Positions 36,132-49,496 of a DNA stretch of 63,957 bases are shown piece after piece. This DNA comes from Welwitschia mirabilis (taxonomy: Eukaryota). Each line of letters begins with the position of its first letter. The first letter of the stretch is position 1. The notes beneath the pieces were generated by a model that was not told the origin of the DNA, made no database searches, and saw nothing but the letters and a program-made list of their open reading frames with translations. The stretch is taken from contig JBOZIK010000001.1 of the NCBI GenBank assembly GCA_051453625.1, positions 47,816,357 to 47,880,313 of the forward strand, in the 5' to 3' direction. The position numbers were made by a program, and so were the translations under genes.

Positions 36132-36554
36132 TGTTGGATTTAATTCTGATTTTTCCGTTTTTATTTTCTGTTAGTTATTCTATCATTTTGTTAGTGGCTA
36201 TTAATGGAGTCTGTTATAAGTTTTAGTGGCTATTAATGGAGTCTGTTATCAGTGTTAGTGGCTATTAATGGAGTCTGTTATCAGTGTTAGTGGTGTTAAT
36301 GGTGTTAGTGGCGTTCACGAATTGCTGTGTCGTGGAGAATGGCGTTGCTGATCTGGAAGCAAATGCTAGTGATACAGAAAAGGCAACCCACCATGACAAC
36401 AAGAAGAAGGACAAGAAAACCTTGTATCTCATTCGTCAAGGAGTTAATGATGAAGTCTTTGAAAAGATAGCTGGAGCAACCACTTCATAAAGGAAGGTAT
36501 GACAAGTCAAATGTTGAATGTTACAATTGCCATAAATTTGGTCATTATGCCAAC
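36132..36554 (+). mobile_element. Ty1/copia remnant (LTR-like start plus internally deleted gag)
   Basis: Starts TGTTGG; three 32-bp repeats from 36191; VVENGVADL..KKKDKKTLYLIRQGVNDEVFEKIAGATTS fused directly to knuckle VECYNCHKFGHYAN. Confidence 0.8.
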
Positions 36555-36840
36555 NNNNNNNNNNNNNNNNNNNNNNNNNNNNNNNNNNNNNNNNNNNNNN
36601 NNNNNNNNNNNNNNNNNNNNNNNNNNNNNNNNNNNNNNNNNNNNNNNNNNNNNNGAAGGGGAAGAAAATCCTACAAAAGCGAAAAGAAAGGAGCATACTA
36701 AAATTTTTTAAAAGAAATCAAAATATGGTTCTAAAAAATTATTTGAAATACATTTAGGCTAACACAAAAGACATCGAGTTTAAAAAAGGCAGATTTTGTT
36801 GTTTACTAGTACTAGAAGTAATGTTGAGTCCCAGACCTCT

Positions 36841-37369
36841 ATGCCATTCAAGCACCCTACAATATTCCATAGAGTGGACCTGGATGCAAATCTCAAGAAT
36901 AATATGAAAAAGGGTTTTGGGGTTAAAATGTATTATCATAGTCTTGGAAGGGCATGAAAATGTAGGTATCTTTTGTGTGGACCTTCAGGCAGTAGTAAGT
37001 CCAGCATGATTACTACCATGGCCAATCACTTGCATTACAATGTTTATTATCAGGAATTAATAAAGGTCTAAGATAATTCTAAGCTCAGAATGCCCCTTAT
37101 GCTGATAAGTAATAGATCCAATTTGGTAATTTAATACAAGGATTTTTCTCTAAACTTGTCTTGCAGAACTGACTTACTGAAGTAAGGATCCCCATAAGAA
37201 AGAGGATGGTAAGGGGAAGAAAGATTCTAGTACTGTTGAATTCATAAATGAAAAATCAAAGGTTACTTTGTCTAGAATGTTAAACTTCATTAATGGGTTA
37301 TAGTTTTATTAGAGGAAAGAGAGAATTATTGTATTCACAACTAACAACAAAGAGAAATTGGACCCTCTA
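36841..37369 (+). pseudogene. BCS1-like plant AAA-ATPase fragment
   Basis: MPFKHPTIFHRVDLDANLK...GRA*KCRYLLCGPSGSSKSSMITTMANHLHYNVY...DNSKLR...SNRSNLVI...SKVTLSRMLNFINGL*...ERIIVFTTNNKEKLDP; degenerate Walker A/B and stops. Confidence 0.88.
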
Positions 37370-40300
37370 GACATCTTTAGGATATACATTTCTTTGGATA
37401 TATGTCACATAGATTCTCTTTCATTCATGCCTTTAATTCACTAATATAGCAGGTTTTACAGCTGGTCTCACATATTCTCTTCACTGCAAAGATATTCTTT
37501 TTGTCTTTTTTAACTATATAGGAGGTTTTCACAAGGAACACAGAATTCTTAGACTCAAGTTAAATCATGTACACCTAAAATTTTCTTGTTTTCATTAATG
37601 ATCGCTCATGAACAGCAAAACACAAATGGAATCCTCTATGTTTTTGAAGGATAAATGCCCTCCTTCTAGTTTANNNNNNNNNNNNNNNNNNNNNNNNNNN
37701 NNNNNNNNNNNNNNNNNNNNNNNNNNNNNNNNNNNNNNNNNNNNNNNNNNNNNNNNNNNNNNNNNNNNNNNNNCACAAATGGAATCCTCTATGTTTTTGA
37801 AGGATAAATGCCCTTCTTCCAGTTCATGGTCTTATTGTTTACTATCATGTCTAAAGCATATATTGTTTCATAATGCTCTTTAAAGAAACATCCCCTTTCA
37901 AGTGCTTTATGATCTTATGGAAGTTCTTTGATTGCATATCCCTAAAGTTCCAAGCCTCAGTATAAAAGCTGTAGGAGATTCCCACTCTTGAAAACAGTTA
38001 GATTTCTTATCTATACATCTCTTTATGCATTTATTTTAGGTAAGAACTATATGTTATATTGAAATTTTTCATTCATGATAAGACCTTCTGAGAAAGGATA
38101 ACAAGCATCTTTCTTCCTCTAAACACAAGATTATTAATTCAAGTGCATCAAGTTATCCCTCTATTAAATATATGAATGAATTGAATAAGGGGTGAATACT
38201 ATTCTGAATAGGAAATATAGTAGCACATAATTAAGTGAATTTATGATGTCCTTTTGGAATATACATTAATATTAGGTGCATTATGACACTAAATTCTAGT
38301 TCATTCTGAAGAGTTATTGAATACCATAAAAGGTGATGTATTTGAATTTCTAAGATCACTTGACCATGCCTAGATTTTAATCTATGATTTCCTATTCATG
38401 CCATATATCTCTTCTATAACCTAATCTTTATCATGTAGAATTTATTTGGCTGTGTGAAATAAAAGCATAGACTAGCTTAATGGCTTTTATGCATTGTAAA
38501 GTAGAAACAGATAATGTAAGATTAGGTATGGGGTAACTTTAAGAACACTCATTTAAAAATCCTTAGCCTAATCACTACTGTGGGCTACAGCTACTCGTGT
38601 ACATAAAGGATCAAGGAGCATTCCTCTAATATATCGTCTAGTGGACTCGAACTTTTATAAGAGTTAACAAGTTATGATAAGGAAGCATAACATTATAACT
38701 GACATAATGAGGCCTATACAGTTTCATCACTATGGAAGCTAAGGAATGTTTCAGATAGCTTGCGAAGCATATAAGCTTATTGGTTAAAGGAAACTAATAG
38801 TCTTCTTTTTATAACTTTACCTATAGGAATTGAGCATTATTTTTTTTCCTTTTATTAAGAATTTTCAACATTTGTTCTACCTGCATACTTAGCATCAAAC
38901 TGTTACAACCACTTAGTCTTCATTAATCTAATATCAGAGTCAATTTCTCATGATGAAGAATCATGGGAATAAAGCAACCAGATATTTTATTAGAAAATAT
39001 GTAAGTTAGCTTGGATAAGGAAGAGATGTCCTCTTGTAAATGATTGTAGCCCCAAATCAAATTCAAAAAGGTAATGAAACCCAAAAGAAAGGAGAGGGAA
39101 GAAATAAAGATAAAGGATAGGTTCATGAGAATCAAAAAAAAATAATGACCTATTGCCATAGGAGAAATAGTTGGTAAGTTTCAAATCATTTCACCTAAAT
39201 AAGAGGATCAGGATGATACGTGTAAGAATCTAAATGGTAGCAGTTTGGATTTCAATGTCATATGTGTCCTTGAATGAATAAGAGTTTCTTTGTGACATAA
39301 GGCATTATAGCATGAGATAAGATGGTGAGAATTTCTCCATCAAAAATGCTAATAGAGTGATGTAAATACCTCATCTCAAAAAATATAACAATTCCATCTA
39401 GAAGTATAGAAAGGNNNNNNNNNNNNNNNNNNNNNNNNNNNNNNNNNNNNNNNNNNNNNNNNNNNNNNNNNNNNNNNNNNNNNNNNNNNNNNNNNNNNNN
39501 NNNNNNNNNNNNNNNNNNNNNNNNNNNNNNNNNNNNNNNNNNNNNNNNNNNNNNNNNNNNNNNNNNNNNNNNNNNNNNNNNNNNNNNNNAGGTTCATAAG
39601 AGCAAAAGCAAAAAATAGTGGAAGAAGAAACTATTAAAAGGGACTAAACAAGTAAGAGCAGATTACTTAAAGAAGTGACTGAATTTTAAAGATTGGTGGA
39701 AGAAAAAATTAGGATTCTTGGTTCATGTATCATGAGGTTGAGTATAAAGCATTTGAATACTTAGATGAAGATGAATTTGAAAGACAGACAATAATGCATT
39801 AGCAAGAAGACTTTTTAAACCAGTATGAAGAAAAACAATGCATGAAGTAGTAAATATAATGTTATGACATNNNNNNNNNNNNNNNNNNNNNNNNNNNNNN
39901 NNNNNNNNNNNNNNNNNNNNNNNNNNNNNNNNNNNNNNNNNNNNNNNNNNNNNNNNNNNNNNNNNNNNNNATGCATGAAGTAGTAAATAGAATGGTATGA
40001 CATGAAGAAGAAATCATTAAAATGTCTTTATTACCATTAACAGAAAGTAGTTTCAACTAACTCATTTTAATAGTAGAAGAATATTACAAAAGGTAATTTT
40101 TCTGTAACTCTCATCAAGGAAACTATGGATAGTAGTAGCTATAGAAATTATGTAATTGGAGATGACTCTAGAAATTATATTGATGATAGTATTTCGTAGG
40201 AGATAGAAGAGCCTATTCTTGCACCTTTATATATATCTTCACCTAAGAAAGAATATCAATACTATTCATAGTATAATAGAAAGGTGAAGAAGTCCGATGA

Positions 40301-41944
40301 TGTGGTGCTTATAAAAGCATTTATGCTTCATAATGACAATCTAGCATGGAATTTGAGCAGTGTTAATAACTCCTTGAGAATAGATACCCTCAAAACATGG
40401 TAGGCAAAGTAGCGCCCAATGATTATCATGATCTTAGAAATAAAACAGGCAATAGTTAAGGCATTGAACCTCTCATCTAGATTTTTTCATCTTATGCTCT
40501 ATCCATAATTGTATGTAGCAAGCTAAAGGCGAATTAGAGGATTTTCAAATCCTAGTTGACTTATCAATAATAGAAGAACTTTTGTGCCAATAATCTAACT
40601 CTCAAGAAACAGAATTTTAACTCAAACTTAACACCATAGAATTGTTTAGATCTATAAATCCAATAGATTCAACATCCAATGTTACTAGTAGGTGAATTGC
40701 ATATAGTACTATTGAAAATAGGGAAAAAAAGAGGGGGCACATTTCATAGTATAGTAAAGGAGTGAAAGATCTTTACAAGTTGCCCTTAGACTTAGGGTTG
40801 CATGACATCCTACTTAATAATTGTGATTACATAATAAACTAAAGAAAGAAAGAGTATCAACTTTTTTAATAATTGACTAATTCATTTTGCAATAATCAAT
40901 GAAAGCTTAACTTCTATGATGGAAAGCAGAGGCTTTATTAATACTTGATTTGGATCATCAACCTATATTATTATGTGCTCACTCTTATAATCAAATAACT
41001 TAAAATTTTTAGATAGCATAATGGCTGATTTCTACAACCTTAGTTAAAGAGCTTAATCATAGAATGATGGAAGACTCCTATTGAAGGCTCAAATAGATTT
41101 AAAATTTAATCAGGCAATAAGAACTAAAAATACCTTGCAGGAAATCATAGGTAAAATTTAATGGCATAGCAGATGCATTCATTACTTGATTTCCTCCTAC
41201 AATTGAAATGCATGCATCATCGTTATGATGTAGAGGCAGAGTAGTTATTGGCATTAAAATGTTCAAGGTTCTCACACCACTCTTTCCTGTTCTTGCAACT
41301 TCTCTCTGCAACTACAAATTTTCTACAAAACATTCATTTCATCAAATGCCAAATACGAATCCTAAATGAATTCGCATAAAGAAATGAAATTACCTCCTCT
41401 TTTACTCTTGTAATTTCGAGGCATAAATGATGTTCTTGGACACTTCACTAGGTGAGAATTGCAGGCCCCTAGCAGTTTGCATAGACTGGGTTCCATGTTG
41501 CCTCTCTCATTATGAAATTCTATAACTTAAGTTTCCCATTTTCTTACTTTAGTATTATGTTTTTCATCCCTTTCATACTGGTTTTATTTTCAACTATACA
41601 TATAGAGGTAAAAACCCAAAATCCAGAACTAAAAGAAAGTAACAACATTAAATCCAAACAAAAAATAAACTCATACCATTAACTCTTTTAGAGTCAAAAC
41701 CCATCAAAATTTCATATAAACTTGAACAAAATTCACAGGAACTCAAAAACTGTATTGACTCAAACCATAACATGATGCTTCGTAAAAGAGTGGAATGCAA
41801 GATCTTCATGAAAGACAGGCATGGGCAATGTGTGAATGATTATTTTTGATAATGAACAAAGTTAAAGAGGGGTGTTAAGTCAACCAAGTGTGAAGATGAA
41901 ATGCAAAGCGTGAAGATGAAATGTAAAGCACGAAGATCAATTTA

Positions 41945-42068
41945 AGCTTTTTAATTTTTTGTTATGATGTCTTTTAAGGTGTTTATTAAAACCAATGCCT
42001 TAAAAACATTATTAAATTCTAAATTTATGGTATCTTTTAAGGCATTTATTCAAATAAATGCCTTAAAT
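41945..42068. mobile_element. CACTA-type subterminal repeats (terminus lost)
   Basis: ttttaagg(c/t) and gccttaaa motifs in both orientations, as at 49262 and 54827. Confidence 0.6.
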
Positions 42069-42079
42069 GATAACAACAG

Positions 42080-44410
42080 ATCCAACATAAGGAATGTTAA
42101 GATTCTAACTAGGTAGTTCATATGACTCACACAGATGCCTTAAATGATAACAACATATCCAACATAAGGAATGTTAATATTCTAACTGAGTAGTTCATAT
42201 GACTCACACAGATCCATAGAGTATACATTATCACTTTATGAATGAAATGATATAGGTTTTAACATAAGGAGGTGTAAGGGTTTTGACTAGGTAGCTAATA
42301 TAATCCATAGAGATCTACAAAGTATAGATCATTATTCTGTGGATGAAATAATATAGTTTTCAACGTAAGAGAGCATCATAATTTTGACTAGGTAGCCAAT
42401 ATATCCCACAGTGATCCATAAAGTATACATCATCATTTTATGAATGATATAAGGATGTTTTCAACATAATAGAGCACCAAGGTTCAAAATAGGAAATACA
42501 TGTAGTCCACAAAAATCCATAAAACATATATCAACACTCTATAGATGAAATGAGATATTTTCCAACATAAGGGGCTATCAAGGTTGTGACTGGGTCATCG
42601 ATGTCATCCATAAAGATTCATAAAGTACACATCATCACTCTATAGATGAGATGAGGTAGTTTTCAACATAAGGAACTATTAAGGTTCTAACTAGGTAATC
42701 AATGTAGTCCATAGAGATTTACAAAGTACATATCATTACTCTATGGATGAAACAAGATAGTTTTCAACATAATGGAGTGTTAAGATTTTGACTAGGCATT
42801 TAATATGGCTTATAAAAATTCATAGATCTAAATAATTATTTCATGGATAAAATGAGCAGTTTTCAACATAAGGAAGCACTAAGATTTAAACTAGGTAACC
42901 GGTATGAGTTATAGAGACTTATAAAATATACATTATTACTCTATAGATGAAATGAGATAGTTTCCAACATAAAGAGGCACTACGGTTCTAACTAGGTATA
43001 TAATATGACCCATAAAGATTCATAGAGTATACGTCATTATCTTGCACATGAAATAAGGTAGTTTCCAATATAAAAAGGCATCAGGGTTTCTAACTAGGTA
43101 GTCAATATGGTCCACAAAGATCCATAAAGTATACATCACCACTTTATAAATGAAATGAAGTAGCTTCCAACATAAGGAGATGTTAGAGCTCTAATTACGT
43201 AGCCGATATGCCCATAGAAACCCATAAAGTACACATCATCTCTCTATATATGAAATGAGATAGCTTCTAATATAAGAAGATGTTATGATTCTAACTCGGT
43301 AGCTAATATGACCCACATAGATCCACAAAATATACATAATCACCCTANNNNNNNNNNNNNNNNNNNNNNNNNNNNNNNNNNNACTAGGATCCTAACTAGG
43401 TAGTTAATATGACATATAGAGATCCACAGAGTTTACATCATTACTCTATAAATGAAATGATGTAGTGTGTAACATAAGGCATTAGGATTCTAACTAGGTA
43501 GCTTATATGACTTATAGAAATTGATAAAGTCTACATCATCATTTTGTGAATGAAATAACACAATTTCCAATAGAAGGATGTATTAGAATTTTGACTAGGA
43601 AGTCCATATAGCCCATAGAAATGCACAGAGTACACATAATTGTTATATAGATGAAATGATATATTTACAATATAAGTGAGTATCAGGGTTCTAAAAAGGC
43701 ATTCGACATAATTCATAGAGATTAACAAAGTGCACAACATTACTCTAGGGATGAAATGAGGTAGTTTTTGACATAAGGAATGATAAGATTCTAATTATGC
43801 AATTGATATAAGTTATAAAAATCCATAGACTCTAGGTCATCACTCTACAAATGAAATAAGGTGGTCTTCAACATAAGGAGGGAAATACAATTCTAATTAG
43901 ATAGTCGATATAGCTCTAAGAGTGTACATCATCACTCTACAAATGAAATGAGGTAGTTTTCAATATAAGGGGGTTTCAGAGTTCTAACTAGGTAGCTAAT
44001 ATGGCTCACAGATATTCACATAGTTTATGCCATCATTTTAGGGAGGAAATAAGGTAGTTTCCCATATAAAAGGATGTTAAGGTCCTAAATAGATAGTTAA
44101 TATAGCCCACAAACGTTCATAGAGTCTACATCATTACTCTATAGATGAAATGACATAGTTTCTACTAGAAGGAGCGCTAGTGTTCTAACTTGGTGTCTAA
44201 TATGAATCATAGAGATCTAAAGAATCCACATCATTACTTTATGGATGAAATGATGTAGTTGCCAAAATTAAGAGGCACTAGTGTTCTAACTAGATAGCTC
44301 ATATGGCTCATAGAGATCCATAAAGTACACATCATTACTATATGAATAAGATGAAGTAGTTTCCAACATAAGGAAGCACTAATGTTTTGACAAGTAGTCC
44401 ATATCAACCA
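42080..44410. repeat. Tandem array of a degenerate 101-bp unit, about 23 copies
   Basis: aacataagg-type anchor at 42261, 42362, 42463, 42564, 42665, 42766 ... 44366; core ttctaactaggtag..atatg..ccatagagatccat..agtacacatcat..ctctat..atgaaatga. Confidence 0.95.
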
Positions 44411-45072
44411 TAATGGGACCTAAAAAAGAAAATCATGACCAAAAGGATAAGTATTTTTAATTATAGAAGTGAATTTCTTTCTTAGTTTACTAAATGACTA
44501 GATAAATAATTTTAATGATTTTTATTAATTAATGATTAATATAATGATAGCTATGATTGATTATAACTTCTAAAACTAACAAAATAAATAGAACTTCAAG
44601 TTATAAAAATACCAAATAATAGGAAAGGAAGGGGAATAACCCTTAGGCAATGCATACATTGATAAGTTATGGAGGATCATATGAATACTCGCATCAATAC
44701 TATGGAGTAATGAATTGATGAAGTTAACTTCTAACTTAAAGCTAACAATGCCAATGTAGAATCCTTGTAGAAAGTAGCAAATCATAAACCATCCTATATT
44801 CTATAGGTATTAGGAGTATGATCATGGAAACAAATAATTCAAGAATTATAATCTCGATCCCAACTCTTCATATAAACTCAAAATGAAAAGATAAAAAATT
44901 TAAAAATTGGTACTCGCAGTTCCTATAGCTCAGAACAATAGGTGATGTACATGAAAGAGTGATTTATTGTAAAGATCAAATCCATCACTCATTGTTGGTA
45001 ACTGCCTTCCATGAAATAGAATATCATGACCTATAAGAGTATGTTAAAAAGGTACAAATCAAAATGTATGCT

Positions 45073-45385
45073 CTTAGATCTTATGAAGAAGCTTTAGCAT
45101 TATTATAGTACATTGAAAATTATTTCAAACTTAAGAATATGTAAATTAATTTACAAAATCTCTATGCAGTAATGTTTTTAAGTGGAGATGTGGAAACATG
45201 ATGAAGCCATCTTAATACCTCTAAGAATGACTGGGTACACTAATTAGACTTCACAAAAGAGTTTAAAAAAGGATTTGTCCTAGACTATTTCATCAAAGAT
45301 AAGAGAATGCAATTCAAATGCTTATGATTAGGGATAAGGACTCTTGATGAACATTGAAATGAATTTTAGGAATTAGAAAAATATC
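45073..45385 (+). pseudogene. Ty3/gypsy gag remnant
   Basis: EEALALL*YIENYFKL...YAVMFLSGDVET**...DFTKEFKKGFV...QFKCL*LGIRTLDEH*NEF*ELEKY matches the Retrotrans_gag pattern (L.G.A..WW; F..L.QG..SV.EY...F). Confidence 0.7.
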
Positions 45386-48300
45386 AAATACACTATAATC
45401 TATAAGAAAAATAATCAAGAAATTATTAATTAGATGGATTCATTGTGACCAAAATAATTGGGAAAATGAAGAATTTATATGATAAACTTATTTACAAATG
45501 TTTTTCTAATTAAGATGAATCTTAAATTATTTTTAAATATTATAGTAGTGTAGGATAAAGATGAAAAATATGAAGAAGGATAAGCATGTAAACAAGAAAA
45601 TCCCTATAAGGAATAGTAGTTAAAGGATGAACATTAATCTTAAAAGATATGGGGGAGGGGGGAGGGGGAAGTTTGTCACAATCCCTTTTCAATGAGGAAA
45701 ATAATGTCTAATTCCATGTTTTTAATTATAATTATTATGTTTATTAAGCGAATAATTTAAACAACCATTCAAGGGGTATGAACCTTCAAAACTAATTGTA
45801 TTTAATAATGAAGAGTTACAAATCTTATGAAATGTTATAATAACCTTTTACTGGCATTAAAACATGGGAAAGGGAAGATAGAAGGGCATATACTAGAGTT
45901 TCACAAGTATAATAAATCCTTTATAGGCTAGATTGGCCCCTCAGTGATTCCACAAACTAGACCTTGAATTCAGTATAACTTAGTCATTTCTCTCTTTAAG
46001 GCCTTCTGTTTAACATGGGAAGGTGTTATTTTAACAACGATGAATAAAGCATGAATTTTTTATTTAATCAAATTACAAAATATTTTTCAATATTTTGGAT
46101 GCCCCTTTGTTGCTAAATGTTTTTACATTAAAGATTCTATTATTACTAAGGAAAATCTATTAAATGAATTTGAATCATCACATTATATATTTTTATTTTC
46201 TTGGCATAATTATTCTAATAATGGTAGCATCAACTAAATCATTTATTTCATTAAATTGTTTTTAGAAAGTGACTATAAATCACTCATCTATAGAAATTCC
46301 AAAGTAGAAGTACTAAATCCTTTTACCAATGAATTTATCTCTTTATGACTTTTAGAAGATATACGAAGCAATTTGTATGTTTCTCTAGAAAGCTTATCAA
46401 CTATTAAAAAAATTTAGAAAAACAATGTTTGGATTCTATTACTACTAGGACTTCTCTATATGCCTTATCACTATTAAGTATAAAATATCATAAATGAAAT
46501 TTTTTATGACACCTTCTCTTCCTTCCTTCATGCTTAATGCATTATTTGATGCAATTCCTATTGAATTTTGTTTTGAGAGATTTATTTCATTCAAAAAATC
46601 TAAAATTACTAAACATTATTCTTCCATATTTTAATGGTAAAAGAGCTAAAATCTTTGAGTATATATCAACTTTTCATTTTGCTAAAATGAAGGTAAAGTA
46701 TAAGTTACTACTATAGATAAATGTTTGTACTTTTGTTTACTATCATAAAGAAAACAAAGATTTCACATATATCTTTCACCCTTTTTTAAAAATACACTAA
46801 TTTAACACCTTCTAAAAAAGTCTTTACCTAGCTTACTATTTTATCAGCTAAAGTTTCATCATTTAAAGGAATGTTGGGAGTGCATTTTGACTTTTTTACA
46901 TTTAACATTATTTCAATTTATGTTAAATTGAGTATTTTTTAAAGTTTTAAAATCCTCTCATTATTATACTACATGTTTATATTTTTTTCATCTTGCATGA
47001 ATACTTAAGGCTATTAATTAGAGTGTTTTTTAATCATCTCTTAGAAATTACTTGTCCATTTTGAATTTTACATAGTAATCACATGTTATTAAATTTTTTA
47101 ATGATTTATAATTGAATATGCACATTTATATCTTGTTCTCCATTCTAGTCTTCATGCTTGAGTTATGGTTAAAGGTTTTTTATTTCTTTACTATATTGTC
47201 ATTTCTAATTTAGCATCTTCTTGTGATTTAATGTTTCTTGTGAATTAAACATTTAAATCAAAAGAAGGTTCTTATCATGATTATTTTGTAAGTTGTTCTA
47301 TGATGTTGGAATGGGGAAAAGCTTTAAGAAAGCATAGATGGATGAGTAACGTTGTAATGCATAATGCAAGAATCAAGATTATTTTATGTTGATATTATCT
47401 TTTTTCTTTAAAATATTCATGCTTTTCAATTTCATAAAAAATGGTAAAGTCCTATACACATTCCTATAGTATAGCTTACAATGATAAAACGAAATCCAAT
47501 AAAATTAGAAAAATGAAGAAGCATCTCATAGTATGAAAGAGAAGCTATAAAATAAATAAAAATGCATAAAAAAATTGTTTATCATTACTTTAAATTTCAT
47601 TTTTAATTATCAAAGTATACATATGTGAATTCACTCTTTACCATATTATTCAGCTTGTTTTTATGTAAGTGGTTGGTATTATAATTTGTAAGGGTTTCAA
47701 ATATTAAGTAATCATCATGATTATGCTAAAAAATAAGAAACCACCTCTAAGATTGTTAAATTCATCATTAGAATCCTTCATTTTAACTAATACTTGTCTC
47801 TCATTGAGTAGCTAGAATTATAAGAGTACCTATTAGGAAAGTCATCATGGTTGTATTGAAGAAGCTAAACGATCCATCTTCAAGGTTATAAAACTACATA
47901 ACTTTCTGTTTTTCATATCTACTCTCTTTCACTATGAATGTAAATGGTGATTTAAAAAAGGTACTCTTTTATATTTGATAAAATTTTCATATTACATTAA
48001 TTATATCACTTAAGCACAATAATCCTTCATAATTTACATTATTCTTATTGGGCTTTTTTTGTATTACCTTTAATAGATTTAAGGATGCAACTTTTTAAAA
48101 TATAATTATATAAATGTAATAGAAAAGTAGGATGTCCTTTAGAATTTTTCCAAGTACACTTCAAGAGATAGATAAAAAGTTAATTACACTTCAAAGATGA
48201 CATGGATTTTTTTTGTTTACTTTTACTTCAAATGAAAGAAAATTTTAATGAAATTCTTTATATAATAATTAAAAGATTTACAAGGAATTATAGCCCATAA

Positions 48301-49261
48301 AGTTTACCAATTACAGTAACTATAATATAATCTAGATAAAATAGAGAATGTCTTCATCGATTCAAGGATAATCTTTAATAACAATACTTTAAATTTTTCT
48401 TATTCACTATATCTTAATCTTTATAATTATAGCTCTTAAACTTTAGTAAATAAAATAGTTTAAGGCTATAACTAACATTTTTAACACTAATTTATTACTA
48501 ATAAAGTTTAATCCTTATAATTACTAAATTTTTATTAAAAATAACTAATACATTAGTTTTATTATAAAGAACATGATAAATCATACATTTCAATCGAATG
48601 ACAAATTTCAAAGATCCTAAAGCTATCACTAAGTTCATGGTGCTACTAATATTAGAGAGTGTGGTGGATATTATAAAAGTTAAAGTGAATATAATTTGGT
48701 TATTAATTTTCTTGTGGTTAAGAGCTTAAATTCCCATTAAAACTGAGGATTATGGTGGTCATAAACATAAGCCCCACAGGATGTGACTAGTGCTTTTATA
48801 AAGTGTGAGTATTTCCTATTTCTCATAATAAAAATATGTAAAAACTGATGAAAGTCAAATTAAACAACAAAAGATTGAATAAGATTCTATAAGGATAAGG
48901 ATCCACTTCATTAATATTAATGATAAATAAATCTTATGTTAAGAAGATTTAATGGATAATAATATATGTTTCATATAAAATCAAATGTAAAAATCCAACA
49001 CTTAGGTAATATAATCACAACCTGCAATAAGAGTTAAAAAATTTTAATATCTTGCATCTCACTGAATATCTAATCTCCATTAGATTCATTCCTTAATTAT
49101 AATTGGAATTTTTATTTCCCCTTGTTTCTATTGACCCCATCATGGTTTCCATGACTATGATGAGAGTACAACTCATCATGAGTTCTCAAATCTCTTTTCT
49201 TCATCTCTTACATGTAGAAATGATTGTTTCATGAATAAAGTTTATTATTAAGCCTAAGGGT

Positions 49262-49492
49262 CACTACTAAAAATATAGGCTTTTAAGGCATTTATAAAAT
49301 GCCTTAAATGCTTTTAAGGCATTTTGTCAAAAACCCCTTAAAAAGGCTCACCTTAAAAAGCTGCATGCTTTTAAGTCATTTTAATAAAAGCTCTTTAGAA
49401 ACATATTTGAGGCATTTATGTGAGAAAATGCCTTAAAAGATTTTAAGGTGCTTGCTAAAATAAACACCTTAAAAGGTTTTTAAGGCATTTGT
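49262..49492 (+). mobile_element. CACTA terminus with subterminal repeats
   Basis: CACTACTAAAAATATAGG followed by dense direct/inverted ttttaaggc / gccttaaaa motifs. Confidence 0.85.
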
Positions 49493-49496
49493 ATAA

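Noticed and set aside
42080-44410. CRISPR-like array
   Set aside because: Whole units are homologous, with no unique spacers and no cas genes; eukaryotic context
46000-47300. Possible LINE 3' remnant
   Set aside because: Only a CPF..H-like hint; cannot be supported without a search
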